A stretch of 56,541 nucleotides of DNA, counting the filler, from Sphacelaria rigidula (lineage: Eukaryota), in assembly GCA_964200075.2 (NCBI GenBank). It is 7 parts of 7 records of this genome, joined end to end, with 100 filler letters (N's around TTAATTAATTAA, not from the genome) between each part and the next. Parts side by side here need not be neighbours in the genome. Positions count along the whole stretch, not along the records: positions 8,094 to 16,085 come from CAXNAA020012717.1; positions 16,186 to 24,177 come from CAXNAA020012718.1; 5 more parts are not named here. The stretch is one strand, 5' to 3'. This document shows, in pieces, positions 11,953 to 24,277 of the stretch. How positions within the stretch are numbered: position 1 is the first letter of the stretch; every line of letters starts with the position of its first letter. A program made the position numbers and the translations under genes. Below the pieces are notes generated by a model. That model saw only the letters and a program-made list of their open reading frames with translations, ran no database searches and had not been told where the DNA came from.

Positions 11953-13889
11953 TGTTTTTTGTTGCTTCATGCCCTAGAGAGGTCCCACACAAAGTTCCAA
12001 CACACAAGTACCAAACGTGGGTCAGTAAGTGGCTCGCAATATACTGTTCCGAATTTCGATTGACCCGGCTTTCAAACGGCCCATCCGCAGCTCAATTGTT
12101 TTAGTTAGACCTTCAAATTTGGTATGGATAACGAAAAGGCCATGATACAAAAACGCATGCATGGACCCTAACCCGTATTTTTCTTTCATAGTTAAAGACA
12201 GTAACCAGTTTTCACGTTCAGTAAAATGCCGCTAATTCATGGAGAAAATGCTTCGAGTCCACGCATACGTCATTTTATTGTAGCCTATGCATTGCCCATA
12301 CCAATTTTTAAGGTCCTACTTTAAATAGTAAGCTGCGAATGGGCCTACAAACTACAAATCCGCTTGTAGGCTGGCCCAGCTCGTATCGAGCACCACATCC
12401 ACCAACCTAGCATGAATCGACCATTCTTTTTCTTCAAAGCTACGAGCTGGGCCAGCCAAGAGTAGGTGTGAATCTCGCTCAGGCGACGCACGGCGCGATA
12501 TTAGGAGTTGGACGCTGAAATTTTAAAAGCAGCTTTTTATGATCAAAATGCAGAAGATCACGGGGCCAGCAAATGAAAAAGGGAAAAAAAGTAGTTATGA
12601 GAATTTGAAATTTCAGTAAAAACAAGATAATGCCATAAGTCCAGGAAAAAAAAAGACAATCTGCAGCTGGATACGTGAAATATCAGCTCCTTGGGCGCAG
12701 AAGGTCTTCCTGAAATTTCAGCTCAAGACTGGTCGAATTGGGCCGTGCGTTTTACATTTTCCGTGACGCTGCTGTGCCCCTATGAATCAAGTGATGGGAG
12801 ACTCCAATTGCGGAGGTCATGAGTTCCAATCCCGACAGATTCCTTTTTTTTTAATCCGTCGTTAAAGTCATACATTATGCTGTTCATTTTTTTCCATTTT
12901 GTTTTTTCATTCAGCGGCGGTGCCGTGTGTCACCAGGTTGGTCTACACTTCACTGTGATATGCTTACATCAGGTTCGTTCGGGAAACTGGGGAACCTGTG
13001 GTGTGAGCAAGTTTCAGCAGCTTTTATGCTGGCCCAGCTCGTATTAGAATCGGGTCATTATATCTACAAAGTGAATACTGCTTTCGGTGAGATTACGAGC
13101 ATAAAATGACGACTACACGAGGGTGATTGGGAGAACCCTACATTGTGCGGCAGCACGAAAACGTTAGTTAGTCCAAAAATAGCAATGTCAACAGACGCCA
13201 GGCTTACCAAATGCTACCTCCCGTACTGAAAAAGATGGGGGCGCGTGGGTGGAGGGGCTCGGAGGGTATGGCGTGGAAAAACGTACAGACTTCATCACCC
13301 CACATCAGTATTCCGCTGAAAAGCTTCAACACCTATTTGCTGCATATTTTTGTGGTACCAGACAAGAGGTCGCACATCTTTGAGTACGGTGAAAAAAGTT
13401 GGCTTCGAGTCTGAAATGTTCACTACACGATCGTTCTCAGAGTTTTCGGTTCATGTGTGTCGTATCCACCGTCTTCTCCTTCGGCCGCCGAAAGCTATTC
13501 CACTTAAATAAGGCTAAACCTAACACCGATACATCGCACACATGTACTCACACGGGAACACTCTGACGCCGAACCACAAGGATCAGCGATATGGGAGGAA
13601 ACAGCACTGTACGAGTCACGGACTCACTTTTGGAATTCACAAAACTGGCATATGTTCTTGTCGCATCGGCAGCACTTGGCGTTGAGGTCACGGTTAAAAC
13701 TCTTGTAGCAACATAGCCCATCGCCCGCACTTGCCGTTGCCAAGGCAAGAATTTCCTTCGCGTTCCCATCACGAACACTACGGAGTTTCCCTCGCGGTGG
13801 CATATAGAGCGTTAAATATTTCAAGCTGCTACCTGGCTGCGCCTGCCTTGATCATCTCTACCTGGGATGCGCCGCGCAGCAGTCGCTCG

Positions 13890-14480
13890 ACGACCTCCCG
13901 TCGGCGCTCGTCCAGTTTAGTCTCCGCCACCTGCAAGCGGCGCCCGCCCAATCCCTTCTCGGCCGCCTCCCGCCGGCGCTCGTTCGAGCGAGTCTCTCCC
14001 ACCTGCCAACGGAGCCTGCCCACTCACACCTCGACCTGCCAGCGGGGCCCACCCAGACTAACGTCGGCCGGCTCCCGCGACCACACGAGTGCCTGCCACG
14101 TGCCACGGGTGCCTGTCCTCCCGCCGGCGCTCGACCACCCACTGCGGACGCTCGGCCGAACGAGTCCGTCCCAACTGTCACCGGTGCCCGCCCACTTCCT
14201 TCTCGGCCACCTCCCGCCGGCGCTCGGCCGAGCGAATCTCTCTCGCGTGCCAGCTGCGCCCGCCCAAACCAACGTTGGCCGGCTCCCGCCGGCACTCGAC
14301 CGAACGAGTCGTTGCTAATCATTACCGGCGCCTGCCCAACCACACCTCGGTCGCGTTCCGCCAGCCCTGGCCCAAATGAATCTACACCACCTGCCACCGG
14401 CGCCAACCCAACTCCTATTCGCGCGTCTCCTGCAGTCGCTTGCCAAGGCGAGTCCCACCGTCTGCCGCCGGCGCACTTCT
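13890..14480 (+). repeat. GC-rich 36/72-nt degenerate tandem repeat translating as 12-aa repeats
   Basis: CTCCCGCCGGCGCTCG recurs several times. Frames give LPPALGRANLSR / VPAAPAQTNVGR / LPPALDRTS and RLPPALVRASLS, with frameshifts and a stop. Confidence 0.6.
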
Positions 14481-16085
14481 GCTCCCTTGTCGAGGTGACG
14501 TACCCCGACGAGGAGCCGGTCTTGCTGTCTCGGCAGACCACACAACACGGGGTTTCACAAAGTGGGGGTGTGGTTCTTTGTTGAGGATGAGAAACCCGGA
14601 TAACTGAAATCTTCGTATCCACGCCAAATGTTCGAATATGATTCCATTTCTTCACTTACTAGTAGCTATTTGTCGGGAGAGAAGCTTAAGCTCCCTTTCC
14701 AATATAGGTTCAATCGCTTTTATGGGTGACGGAGAAGATGTGACTGAGATGACCGTAGACTTGTAGTTGGTGCGAAACCCGAAGACAAGAAGTTTGATGC
14801 CCAAAAGACAAAAATATGTCGTTCTATCTTGCTTTTATTATAGATTTCTATAACTTAACCAAATAGACTCCAATCCTACACTTGTACTGCAAGTGTTTCA
14901 CTCTGAAAAGAGGAAAACTGAGTGGAGTGAGGAGAGAGAAGAGGGAAGGTAGGAAGTGTCTTGATGGGGGGGTGAACCTAAGACCTGGTTCACGCTCCCC
15001 CTGTCGACCTCTTTATCCCTGCCACCGTACCTCACTCAAAAAGCCTGAAAACCTCGGTATGTACCTATCAGAAAAGCCGTTATAACCAAAAAGTTCTTCA
15101 TTGTTCTGACAGTTGAGTACAAAACTCTCTGACCTGCCGATCCTGGACATATGCTTCCCTGTACCTTTCTATCTACAATGGACACAAGTATACACAGATT
15201 TTCCCCTACACTGAATTCATGCCTTCAAGCACCTTAAAATTCCATAACTTTCCTTTATGTTACGAACAACGGTCTTTTCTAGCTTCAAACAATTAAACTC
15301 TTCTACACACATAACCTTTCTGTTGATTTGTGTTTATCTGATACAAAACAATAAAGTCACCAAGTGATCGGCTCACCACATCAGCCCATTCTGTGAACCT
15401 AAACTTCATGATTGTACTGATGATTTCGGTGGACAAACAAAAGCCATGTCCTAATGTATTGAGTGAGTCCCAATAAATTCCCTCAACATGTACTCCTATA
15501 TTCAGACAAATCTCAAACCAAAGAGAAGAGCTCAGAAAAACGGACACACATAACACACATAGGTGTATACTAGAGTCCAGAACAGATGGAACGACAATAC
15601 TCTCACACACTCACACACACACATGTAACATCACTCGTTTCTACAATTACTTTATACACCACTCCCCAGCATCAGCCTCATACTTCAATTGCGGTCTACG
15701 TCTCACTTACACAATGGATTCCCGATCAATATCCATAATAAAACAGAGAAGACATCCCCACTAAGAACAGTAGATTAGATAGCATTTCATCGTTCTCCCA
15801 GCGCAGCTTCATCTCCATCTTGTTGTTATGTACCGGTGCCAAAACCACTTCCATCATCTATCATCTTCGGATGTCCGTCTTTAAATCAGATGGTCGTAGA
15901 TATCCTCCTACAGTGTTCCTAGCTATAGCGTATGCGCGTAAAAATTTCGAAGTCCCCCGCTGCACATGGTAATGCCAACACCAATCCCCCACCCGGTTTC
16001 GAGAGGTATTCAAGTTTTCCATGAAAAGATGCAAGGGTCGGACAAATAATGATTCGTCTGAAAATTACTTGGTTTTAGTATGATG

Positions 16086-16185
16086 NNNNNNNNNNNNNNN
16101 NNNNNNNNNNNNNNNNNNNNNNNNNNNNNTTAATTAATTAANNNNNNNNNNNNNNNNNNNNNNNNNNNNNNNNNNNNNNNNNNNN
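16086..16185. other. Artificial contig linker
   Basis: N44-TTAATTAATTAA-N44. Confidence 0.98.
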
Positions 16186-16261
16186 CGTCTCGAAAGGGAT
16201 GCGTGGTCAATGGTCAAACGACTAAGGCAAGCAACAAATGAGTACGCTTCCCCCCCCCCCC
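16186..16261 (+). mobile_element. LINE 3' end, subfamily A
   Basis: SRKGCVVNGQTTKASNK*, then GTACGCTT and a C-run. Sits at a contig edge. Confidence 0.75.
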
Positions 16262-17870
16262 TAAAACCAGCCCAGAAAATGGTCATACAGCGCCTAATGT
16301 TTGGGTCCAGGCTGCACGGAGCGTCTCATATGGGCAGCCTTGGCGAGAACGAACCCGAGCGTGGGATTTCCCAGCTGCTCGTTGTGTTCGACTTTTTCCA
16401 TTTCGATTTACGTCAAGATTTTGCCTCCCCACACCAGGCACTTTTCGGGGGTGGGTGGGGGGTATCGTGTAAGTGACAGCACAAGTGTCGGCACATGAGA
16501 CTGAAAGCCCTCAGACAAGGTGTCACACACTACCCCTCTTGCTCTCGCTTCTCAACTGTGGACGTCTCAGGTAATTCACGTACCTATCGGTCAGACTGGG
16601 AACTTCGCAACTCTTGTCGCTGATAGCTTCTGTCAACTCTCTCTCCCTCCCTCTCTCTCTGTGTCGTGGTCACCAAAGATGATACTTGTATCAATCCAAT
16701 AGCAGGACTCAAGAGTGCACCCGATGGGAGCTGACTCGTTTGTCTTAGTTGTCATCCCCCACGAGTCACACCGAGGCGTTATTGGCCTCGGGGCTGGAGG
16801 CCACGAATCCTATGGCTCTGCGAAACTACATGATGAATCCTAGTTCCGGCAGATAGCATCCAGTGCCATCGCTTCCCCTTCCGACGAAATCAAGATATAT
16901 CACCATTAGTTAAAATGTCAAAGTGCGCCACTATTTCCGTGATGAAGACATAATATCAAAAGCTTCAGACATCGAGGTATGTCAATAGATAAGTCAAGAG
17001 GTTTCATCGTGCTGGACCCAATATGTCGAAATTCTATGGAGAAAACACTTATTAATGAGTTCATGAGGTAAGACTCCACTTGCCTTGCCAAGAGTTGTAG
17101 TTTTCCCGGCTGTGTACCGTTTATCACGGAAGATAACACCCCTTCCGCCACTGCCAACACCACCGCCGCTGTCATGGCGACAACTTTCTAGCCTCGATAT
17201 TCTCGTCTCAAGAAATTCATGGTCAAAACACGGTTGGGTTTGGGGTAAACACTTGAGAGTCGGATCTTTGGGGGGCTGACAGTTGCATGTGCCCGCTCGG
17301 CATGTGTAGGACGCGTGTTGGCTTCAAATCGGCGCACACGACTGGATCCTTCGGGCATCAGTTTATGTGCGAATATCAAACGATCAATCGATCAATCGAT
17401 CAATCGACCACGGCGCTGATTTGAGCTCTCTGTCAACGCCCACATCACCCAGGGCACCTCTTTGCAATCCTTATTGCCTGATAATTCTCTGTTCGCCGTG
17501 GGTTCACGGGTAGGGTAAGGATTAGGGTTGGAGTATGACAACATGTATATGTATATGTGTTTCTTCAATCCATGTGTTTTTTCGCGACGGGCTGGGTTCG
17601 TGTGAGCGCACGTCGTTGTTCTGCGACGGCGCTACAAATAGTTACGCACTGTCATTTGTTGTCTGTTGTACAGATCTATCTACTGTATGCATTTTTTGAA
17701 TGGGTTTGCATCTTCATCTCCTATCGAGAAACCGTTTTTTCCCAAGAAATGAAAACATAGTATATATATAGAATATTTCAAACTCACGAGCGTGAAGCGT
17801 GCTTTGTAATGAGGCGTCCACGAGATTTATTGCTGATTCTAGTGTGCAAGCTCCTCCGCACCCGCCCCGG

Positions 17871-18400
17871 GAGATGACTATTCGGGTCAACGCCAATGCT
17901 AGGTAGGGGCCCGGTTAGCGGATTCGTGATTTACTTTGCGCGGGGGTACACATGCGTTCGCGACCGTTCGAACGGACGCGCGATCGCGGTGATCTTGCAA
18001 TGTTTCCGGCGGGCATGAATATTTCGAGAGAAAATCTATTCTCACGAGGGCTTGGCAAGGCGAGAATACCGAGACCCTCGAGAGAGACGGACGGGACCGG
18101 GTATATACATTATATATATGTATATGTATATGTATATATATATATACAAGCCGCACGGGACCCGGGGCTGCGTCCCGGTCCCGTCCGTCTTTACCGAGGG
18201 TCTCGGTATTCTCGCCTTGCCAAGCCCTCGTGAGAATGGATCCTCTCTCGAAATGTTCATGCCCGCCGGGAACATTGCAGGACCACCGCGATCGCGCGTC
18301 CGTTCGAACGGTCGCGAACGCATGTGTACCCCCGCACAAAATAAAGCACGAATCCGCTAATCGGGCCCCTAGCATTGGCATCGACCCGAATATTCATCTC
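17871..18400. repeat. Foldback element: ~230-bp arms (17871-18101 / 18174-18400) around a TA-rich microsatellite loop
   Basis: The arms are highly similar reverse complements. The ORF track shows mirror-image ORFs 17952-18233(+) and 18042-18323(-). Confidence 0.92.
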
Positions 18401-19054
18401 TCTATATATACCCCCATACCTATTTATGTGCAGTTATCTGCAGTAAGGTCAACAGATACGGAGTGAACGGACCACAGTATGAGCTCTACTGTACGTATAC
18501 CTTCCGTCAGGGGCAAAAAAGAACAGGGAGTGAACATGCGACCCTGATATATGGGAACTGTCTTATATAATATTTAAGCTAGTACCCGTCAAATATACCT
18601 TGAAGGCAACGTTTGACGGATACTTAGTTCAAATATGTATTCACAATTTGGACCTCTGTTTCGTTCCCATAGGAAAAACTCGTTCCCATTTTTCAGGATT
18701 TTCGTTGTTGAGAACGTGAGAGTGTGAATAGCAAAAGTGAATGTTTTTTTTGACAAGAGTTGTTTACGCGGTGCGGGAGCTACCTTTGACCCACGATGTG
18801 ATGAGCAAAACGTAAGTAGGGCGTGTACGAGTACAGTACCGGGGGAGGGATGATGGAAGGGTGGATCCCCTTGAGACCATGGAACTTGTCCCGAGGAAGA
18901 GGATGGCTGTTGAAAGTGTGACGGAAAAAAGCTCAGAGATCCTGTAGTTTTAAGTTTATTTTATTGTTATACATTTGTCGCACTTCGGACCCCTTCCCTT
19001 CCTCGGGACGAGTCCGTGTTCCCAAGGGATCGACTCATCCCTGCCCGGTAGTAG

Positions 19055-19285
19055 ATGGACCTATACAAAGTTTGATCTGTGATGCGCTGAAGCTTTCCTG
19101 CGATAAGGAAAGCACCGCAGAAGGAAGTCGGAGTTTCAAAATAAATGAAGAAAGAAGAGAACTCCTGCCTTAGCCCTCCTCTTATGTGACCCCGGCTGAT
19201 GCGCCCACATAAAACGAAAGGTTTAGACTAGCGTCCAGGAACAAGTGAGATGCAAACGCCCACACAGGTATGCCCGGCGAAACAA
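19055..19285 (+). mobile_element. Diverged SINE body related to the SINE at 51004
   Basis: GACCCCGGCTGATGCGCCCACATAAAACGAAAGGTTTAGACTAGCGTCCAG matches 51290-51340. Confidence 0.65.
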
Positions 19286-19886
19286 AATATTTGATGAAAG
19301 GCTCATCATACTGTACAGTACTTGATTCGGAGATTGCTGCCTCTACCCTGAAGCCTTATGCTTACAAATGGGATGCATGTGCATGAGACGCAATATAGAT
19401 AGGTCGTACTCCATTTAGATGAGTTTGATACTTGTTATTGGAATACTTTACTCTCTCTATTTTGTGTACAACCTCCTAACATGAAGCCCTGCGATAATGA
19501 TTGTATCGGCCGTTGTTGTATTCCTTGCTTCTCATGTTTTTTTTCCTATTCTCTAATTTCATCGGGGCCCCGGTATAGATCTACCTTTACTTTTTTTTCT
19601 CTCGTTTTCCTCCCTCCTCGCCCACACTTTTATGGTTCTCGTTCGTGTTGAGTTTGTGTGTGTTTGATTCACATTTCTTCTTGCTTCCCGCTGTTCGAAT
19701 TTCCTTTTGCAGGTGATACCGTTTTGTTTGTCTTGCATCCGTCTTGTGACCACGGCTGTATTCCTACAAGTAGGGGATCAGTTAAGGTGCGACAATCAAT
19801 CAAACTAATCAAATAAATTCACGATGAACAGGTCCACCTGCTGTGCACAGAATCATTCTCGTGCGATATATCGTATCGTATCTACA

Positions 19887-20830
19887 GACCCCTCCTGGAC
19901 TCAGTACAAGGCCACAAGACTGCTCCAAGGGCTTCCTCCCTCACTAGGGCTTGGATACTTCAAGACAGTTGTTCTTCACAAACACACCGTCTTCGTTATC
20001 GGAAGTGACCGGCTCACCCCGTATTGCATAATACATCATACGTCACGGAGTCCACCGATCATACTTTCAGACCCGTTTTTCATCAAGCAGCCCATGAACA
20101 CCTGCTATGCATTCTCTCCACTGCAGTCATGTACCGAATCAAGGTAACAATGTCCCCCGGAGTCTACAGCACCCCCAAAGCTTGTTTACTACCAACAAGT
20201 ATTCAACCTAGAGCTTGATCAACTCAGACATCATTGTTGCCGAAGTCTACCGCCAATTTCACATAGAGAGGCAATCCCTACCGCACGATACGATAACAGC
20301 CATACAAGCTTGTCCAATTTTCCGAACAAGTCGCAGGAGATCCAAAACGTCCATCATGAACACGCAATCACGCTACTTGCACCGTTCGGAGTCACGTGGC
20401 AATAGCTGACGCCCAATTCTCAAACCTGTACCCCAAACAAGTCTCCTGACTCCAAACCGGCGAACAAATCTTGATCGTCAAGGAACTTCAAATTCTCAAG
20501 CCATCGTGACAATTCTTCTCATTTCAGACAAGTCTAAAATAACCGTTTATTATTGACCCCTCCTGGACTCAGTACAAGCCCACAAGACTGCTCCAAGGGC
20601 TTCCTCCCTCACCAGGGCTTGGAGACTTCAAGATAGTTCTTCACAAACACATCGTCTTCGTTATCGGAAGTGACCGGCTCACCTCGTATTGCATACATCA
20701 TACATCACGGAGTCCACCGATCATACTCTCAGACCCGTTATTCATCAAGCAGCCTATAAACGTCTGTTGTGCATTTTCTCCACTGCAGTCATGTACCGAA
20801 TCAAGGTAATAATGTTGCCCGGAGTCTACA
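19887..20830 (-). mobile_element. Partial-tandem retroposon-like insertion: ~280-bp direct repeats (19887-20168, 20555-20830) flanked by (TATCG)n
   Basis: Two copies of GACCCCTCCTGGACTCAGTACAAG...GGAGTCTACA, with TATCGTATCGTATC on both outer sides. Confidence 0.65.
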
Positions 20831-21083
20831 TATCGTATCGTATCGTATCGTATCGGTACTTGGCACCGATATAGTCACGTTCAGTTTTCGGCTGTAAAGT
20901 GCGATATATATATATATATATATATATTTAGTTCATTATCCACTAGGTGATTACCTAAATACGGCCAGTATTGCACCCCCGCCTGGTGTCAAGAGTATGC
21001 ATTGCGTTCCATCATCTCCATCCTCGATTGTGTTTGTGTATTTGTGTGTTGGGGTTGTGACGGAATTTGGCTCTTTTCATCAG

Positions 21084-21149
21084 GTGAACGTCAAGACAGA
21101 GAAGGAGTACAAGCTGCAGGAGAAAGAGATCGCAGCTCTAAAGAAGAAG
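21084..21149 (+). CDS. ABCF1: ABCF1/ABC50-like ABC-F ATPase, internal exon (inter-NBD linker)
   Basis: CAG|...|GT, 66 nt, phase 0, VNVKTEKEYKLQEKEIAALKKK. Joins in frame to the next two exons. Confidence 0.75.
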
Positions 21150-21472
21150 GTGCGCAAAAAGAAAATACAGTACAAGTATACGACGATACAGACGAAAAGA
21201 CGGATAGGCAGACCGACAAAGATATTCGGTTCGCTTATGGTGTCTTTTTTTTTTTGTGTGTGCTTTTACGCCTGTTGTGTATGTGTTGATGTGTGTGTGT
21301 TTTCCCACTGTCACGTCCCCTATTATTATTATTATTATTTTCTTCATGACCTTCTGTTATCTATGAAATGTTGTCAGTTTCTTTTCTGTGTGCTTTTTTT
21401 TTATTCTCCTCCTTTTTTCCGTTTCTACATGTTCTTTACTTTTTTTTCCTGGATGTTATTGGTCGTTTCCAG

Positions 21473-21562
21473 GGGAATTCTTCGGCCAAAGCAGAGGAGG
21501 CGGTGTTGAAAAAAATGGGCCGTACAAGCCTGATGGACAGGCCGAAGGAGTATACGGTCAAG
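21473..21562 (+). CDS. ABCF1: ABCF1-like internal exon
   Basis: CAG|...|GTATG, 90 nt, GNSSAKAEEAVLKKMGRTSLMDRPKEYTVK. RPKEYTV is the ABCF1 linker motif before NBD2. Confidence 0.85.
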
Positions 21563-21757
21563 GTATGTGTATGCGTGTGTACTCCATACCGTGTGCAACA
21601 TAGAAAACGTGCTGCGCGGACTAGAGTAAAGAGTGCACTTCAGTCGCATTATGCGGCGGTTGTCGTTTATTTCAGGAACTTTTGGGGAGGTTCTCGATTA
21701 ACTATTCTCGTAATCGTGTGAGACGCTGGTATTCGGGGAGAGTCGACGCGGTGCGGG

Positions 21758-21860
21758 AGTGTTGGTTATGATACAATGAGTGTTGGTTATGATCCAATCA
21801 GTGTTGGTTATGATCCAATCAGTGTTGGTTATGATACAATGAGTGTTGGTTATGATCCAA
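21758..21860. repeat. 21-bp minisatellite x5 in an ABCF1-like intron
   Basis: Units of AGTGTTGGTTATGAT(A/C)CAAT(G/C). Confidence 0.92.
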
Positions 21861-22756
21861 TCCGCAATATCAAAATACATGGTGTGTACCGGGGGAGAGA
21901 CCGGTTGGTGCCTTGAGACCACGACACACGTCCCGAGAGGAAGCGGAGGGGTGAAAGTAAAATGACTAACAAAAAAAGTCCTTTGAACATCGATACAGAT
22001 GCCAAAAAGTAGTGGGATTTGTTTTTAAAATCATCCGGGGGTGTCGTTCACAGGAGGGTTGTATACGCTGTATTCTACCGCAACCCTTTCACACGCAGAG
22101 CAATCCAAATATAAATCCGTTCAGTCCACGTAAAAGTGTGCCAAATTGCACTGCATCACGTTTTTGTACGTGTGTGTGCGTGTGCGTAGTTTTTTTCTTT
22201 TTTTCATACTTATCCTGCGTTTAAAGATGTGGTGCAAAAACAAATGACGCTGTTTTTATTTTTTTTCTGTCGATGTTTTGGTAATGTAACGGCTGCGTGT
22301 AATTGTGACTTCGACCGCTCGTCTCGTCTCGTCGACCCAAGCAACGTAAATGGCCGGAGTATGCGTTGGTGTTCAGCGCAGCGGGCGGGAGCATGTGTGC
22401 ACGCATGCCTGTCATGTCTGCCTCGCCGAGCTAGTGTCTCAGAATCACGTTGGTTTAATAACCCGAAAGCCGATGTCCCCCCCTTCTTTTTCTGTCATTC
22501 CGCCTGCCTGTCTGTGTGTGTGTCCCTACTGTCTGTCTGCCTACTCCTGTTGATTTGTTCCACCTGCCGACTTGATGTTTTTTTCTCGTGTTTAATGTTT
22601 GTTTATTCCTCGTGGAATGCTGGCCTAATTGTGCTTTGTTTATTGTGCTGGAGCGGTGAATATTCCGATGCTTGTGCTGGCTCATTGATGTTGCTCTTGT
22701 TCGTTGTTTTCCCTGTCCTCGTTATTGTCATCGTCGCTGTTTGTATATGCATTCAG

Positions 22757-22849
22757 TTCATGCTCTCTTCTCCGGACGACCGCGTCCCATCCATATCCGT
22801 GCTGGACGTGTCCTTCGCCTACCGCAACGATAGAGACCCCTTGTTTCAG
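22757..22849 (+). CDS. ABCF1: ABCF1-like internal exon (start of NBD2)
   Basis: CAG|...|GTGGG, 93 nt, FMLSSPDDRVPSISVLDVSFAYRNDRDPLFQ. Matches the F.fp.P....P.l....V.F.Y.....LF pattern of ABC-F proteins. Confidence 0.85.
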
Positions 22850-23644
22850 GTGGGACCTTCGAAACCCCCCGGCTTCCGGTAGGGTCGTACAGCTCTCCCG
22901 GTAGATGGTTTTGGGCTTTTTTTCGCTGATTCTGTGAAAAGAAAGCGTGCTTGTATCTCTCCATTTTTTCAAGGGTCGTGAAAACCAACTTCATTTTTTT
23001 TTCTCCTTTTCTATCACGGAGCCTGCGAGCCTGTACGATTCACTCCTCCAACAAAAAAAAAGAAAGGGGGGAAAAAACAAGCGAAACGGTAGAGTGCTCT
23101 TAACGTGCTCTGGTTGGACAGCGTCTCGTCTAGACAGCTATTGTTGTAGTATCAGTTCGTCCCTACGAGGGGTTGACGTTAACGCGCGCCTACAGTACAC
23201 ATTTGGCTTTTGCATTTCACCTTTTTTTCGCACTTCCAAAATATGTCGGACGTGCGTCATACTGTATTGTACTATAATAGAGACCGCAATCTACGAGTAC
23301 TGTAAATACTTCCTCTGTCCCATAAGTCTGGTCGGTTATGTTTGTACGGGCCCTTACCCGTGTCCAATCTGATTATCGATGTTTTTTTTCGGTTTCTCGG
23401 CTGTTTTTTCAGTTGGAAGCACAACTTTTGTTTTGTGCAACTCGCTGTTGAACTATGCGGCCGAACGGCCGCAAAAAAATCAGTCGGCCCAGAAATAGCC
23501 GTATTTCGCCCCCTTCTTGGGGGCAAAAAAAGTGTCAGGAACTGATGACTGGTCGGTCGAGGCAATTCCCGACCGTCTCGTCCACCTGATCTCAGCGGAG
23601 TCGATTCGGCGAAGATTCTGAGCCGGGGAAAGGGGGGGGGTTGA

Positions 23645-24023
23645 TACAGCGAGCTACCTTTGCCACCCCTTCTTTCTTGAACCACCGCCGTACGGTCTCC
23701 GCACCGCAGTCCAGCTCAATGTCTCTCAGCTGATCGGGCGCCTGCCGGAGCGTAAATGGCTGACTCTGCTTGTTGACGTTCTTGAGCGCCGCAACCTTTG
23801 TTAGCGTGAGGAGTGACGGGCGCCCAGTCCTTGTGTTGTTCGAAAGGTCGACCTCGTGGGAAGGGTCGATCTGGGCTTTGGTGTTTTTCCACAATTTCGT
23901 CGGGTACTCGAGACCAACACCGGAGCGTTCGGAAACTGGCCCCAGCAAACCATTGCGCATCCTCACGTTGCCCGGTGGAATAGCGAGCGCAACCTTCATC
24001 GCAATCGCATAGCGGCGACCCAA
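23645..24023 (-). pseudogene. Tc1/mariner-superfamily transposase, N-terminal DNA-binding fragment
   Basis: ...LWKNTKAQIDPSHEVDLSNNTRTGRPSLLT...TLRQ...ETVRRWFKKEG shows HTH1, a GRP linker and HTH2. The DDE domain is absent. Confidence 0.65.
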
Positions 24024-24048
24024 TTGTAGCTCGCCACCCGTTCGACGA

Positions 24049-24177
24049 GGGGGGTGTACTCATGATCATGCATGCCAGAGTCATAAGACCATTGGCCTCG
24101 CATCCCTACAAAGCCAGGACGGAGCACGCCGGGTTGTTGCCGGACCAGGCTCGCACTAAAAGCACCAAGCGCGAAGC
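24049..24177 (-). mobile_element. LINE 3' end, diverged subfamily B
   Basis: Minus strand TGCTCCGTC...AGGGATGCGAGGCCAATGGTCTTATGACT...ATGAGTACACCCCCC aligns with the subfamily A end (GCEANGLMT vs GCVVNGQTT). Sits at a contig edge. Confidence 0.65.
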
Positions 24178-24277
24178 NNNNNNNNNNNNNNNNNNNNNNN
24201 NNNNNNNNNNNNNNNNNNNNNTTAATTAATTAANNNNNNNNNNNNNNNNNNNNNNNNNNNNNNNNNNNNNNNNNNNN
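24178..24277. other. Artificial contig linker
   Basis: N44-TTAATTAATTAA-N44. Confidence 0.98.

Noticed and set aside
13624..13720. piggyBac-like Cys-rich domain (KCCRCDKNICQFC)
   Set aside because: It is too short and has no adjoining transposase sequence.
14900..16085. Decayed LINE RT on the minus strand (RPQLKYEADAGEW)
   Set aside because: There is only one weak motif amid many stops, so it is not supportable without a profile search.
24049..24177. Shared 5' leader/TIR of the Tc1/mariner element (also at 40244 and 56470)
   Set aside because: It aligns with the C-tailed LINE 3' end, and the copy at 56470 is not followed by transposase sequence.
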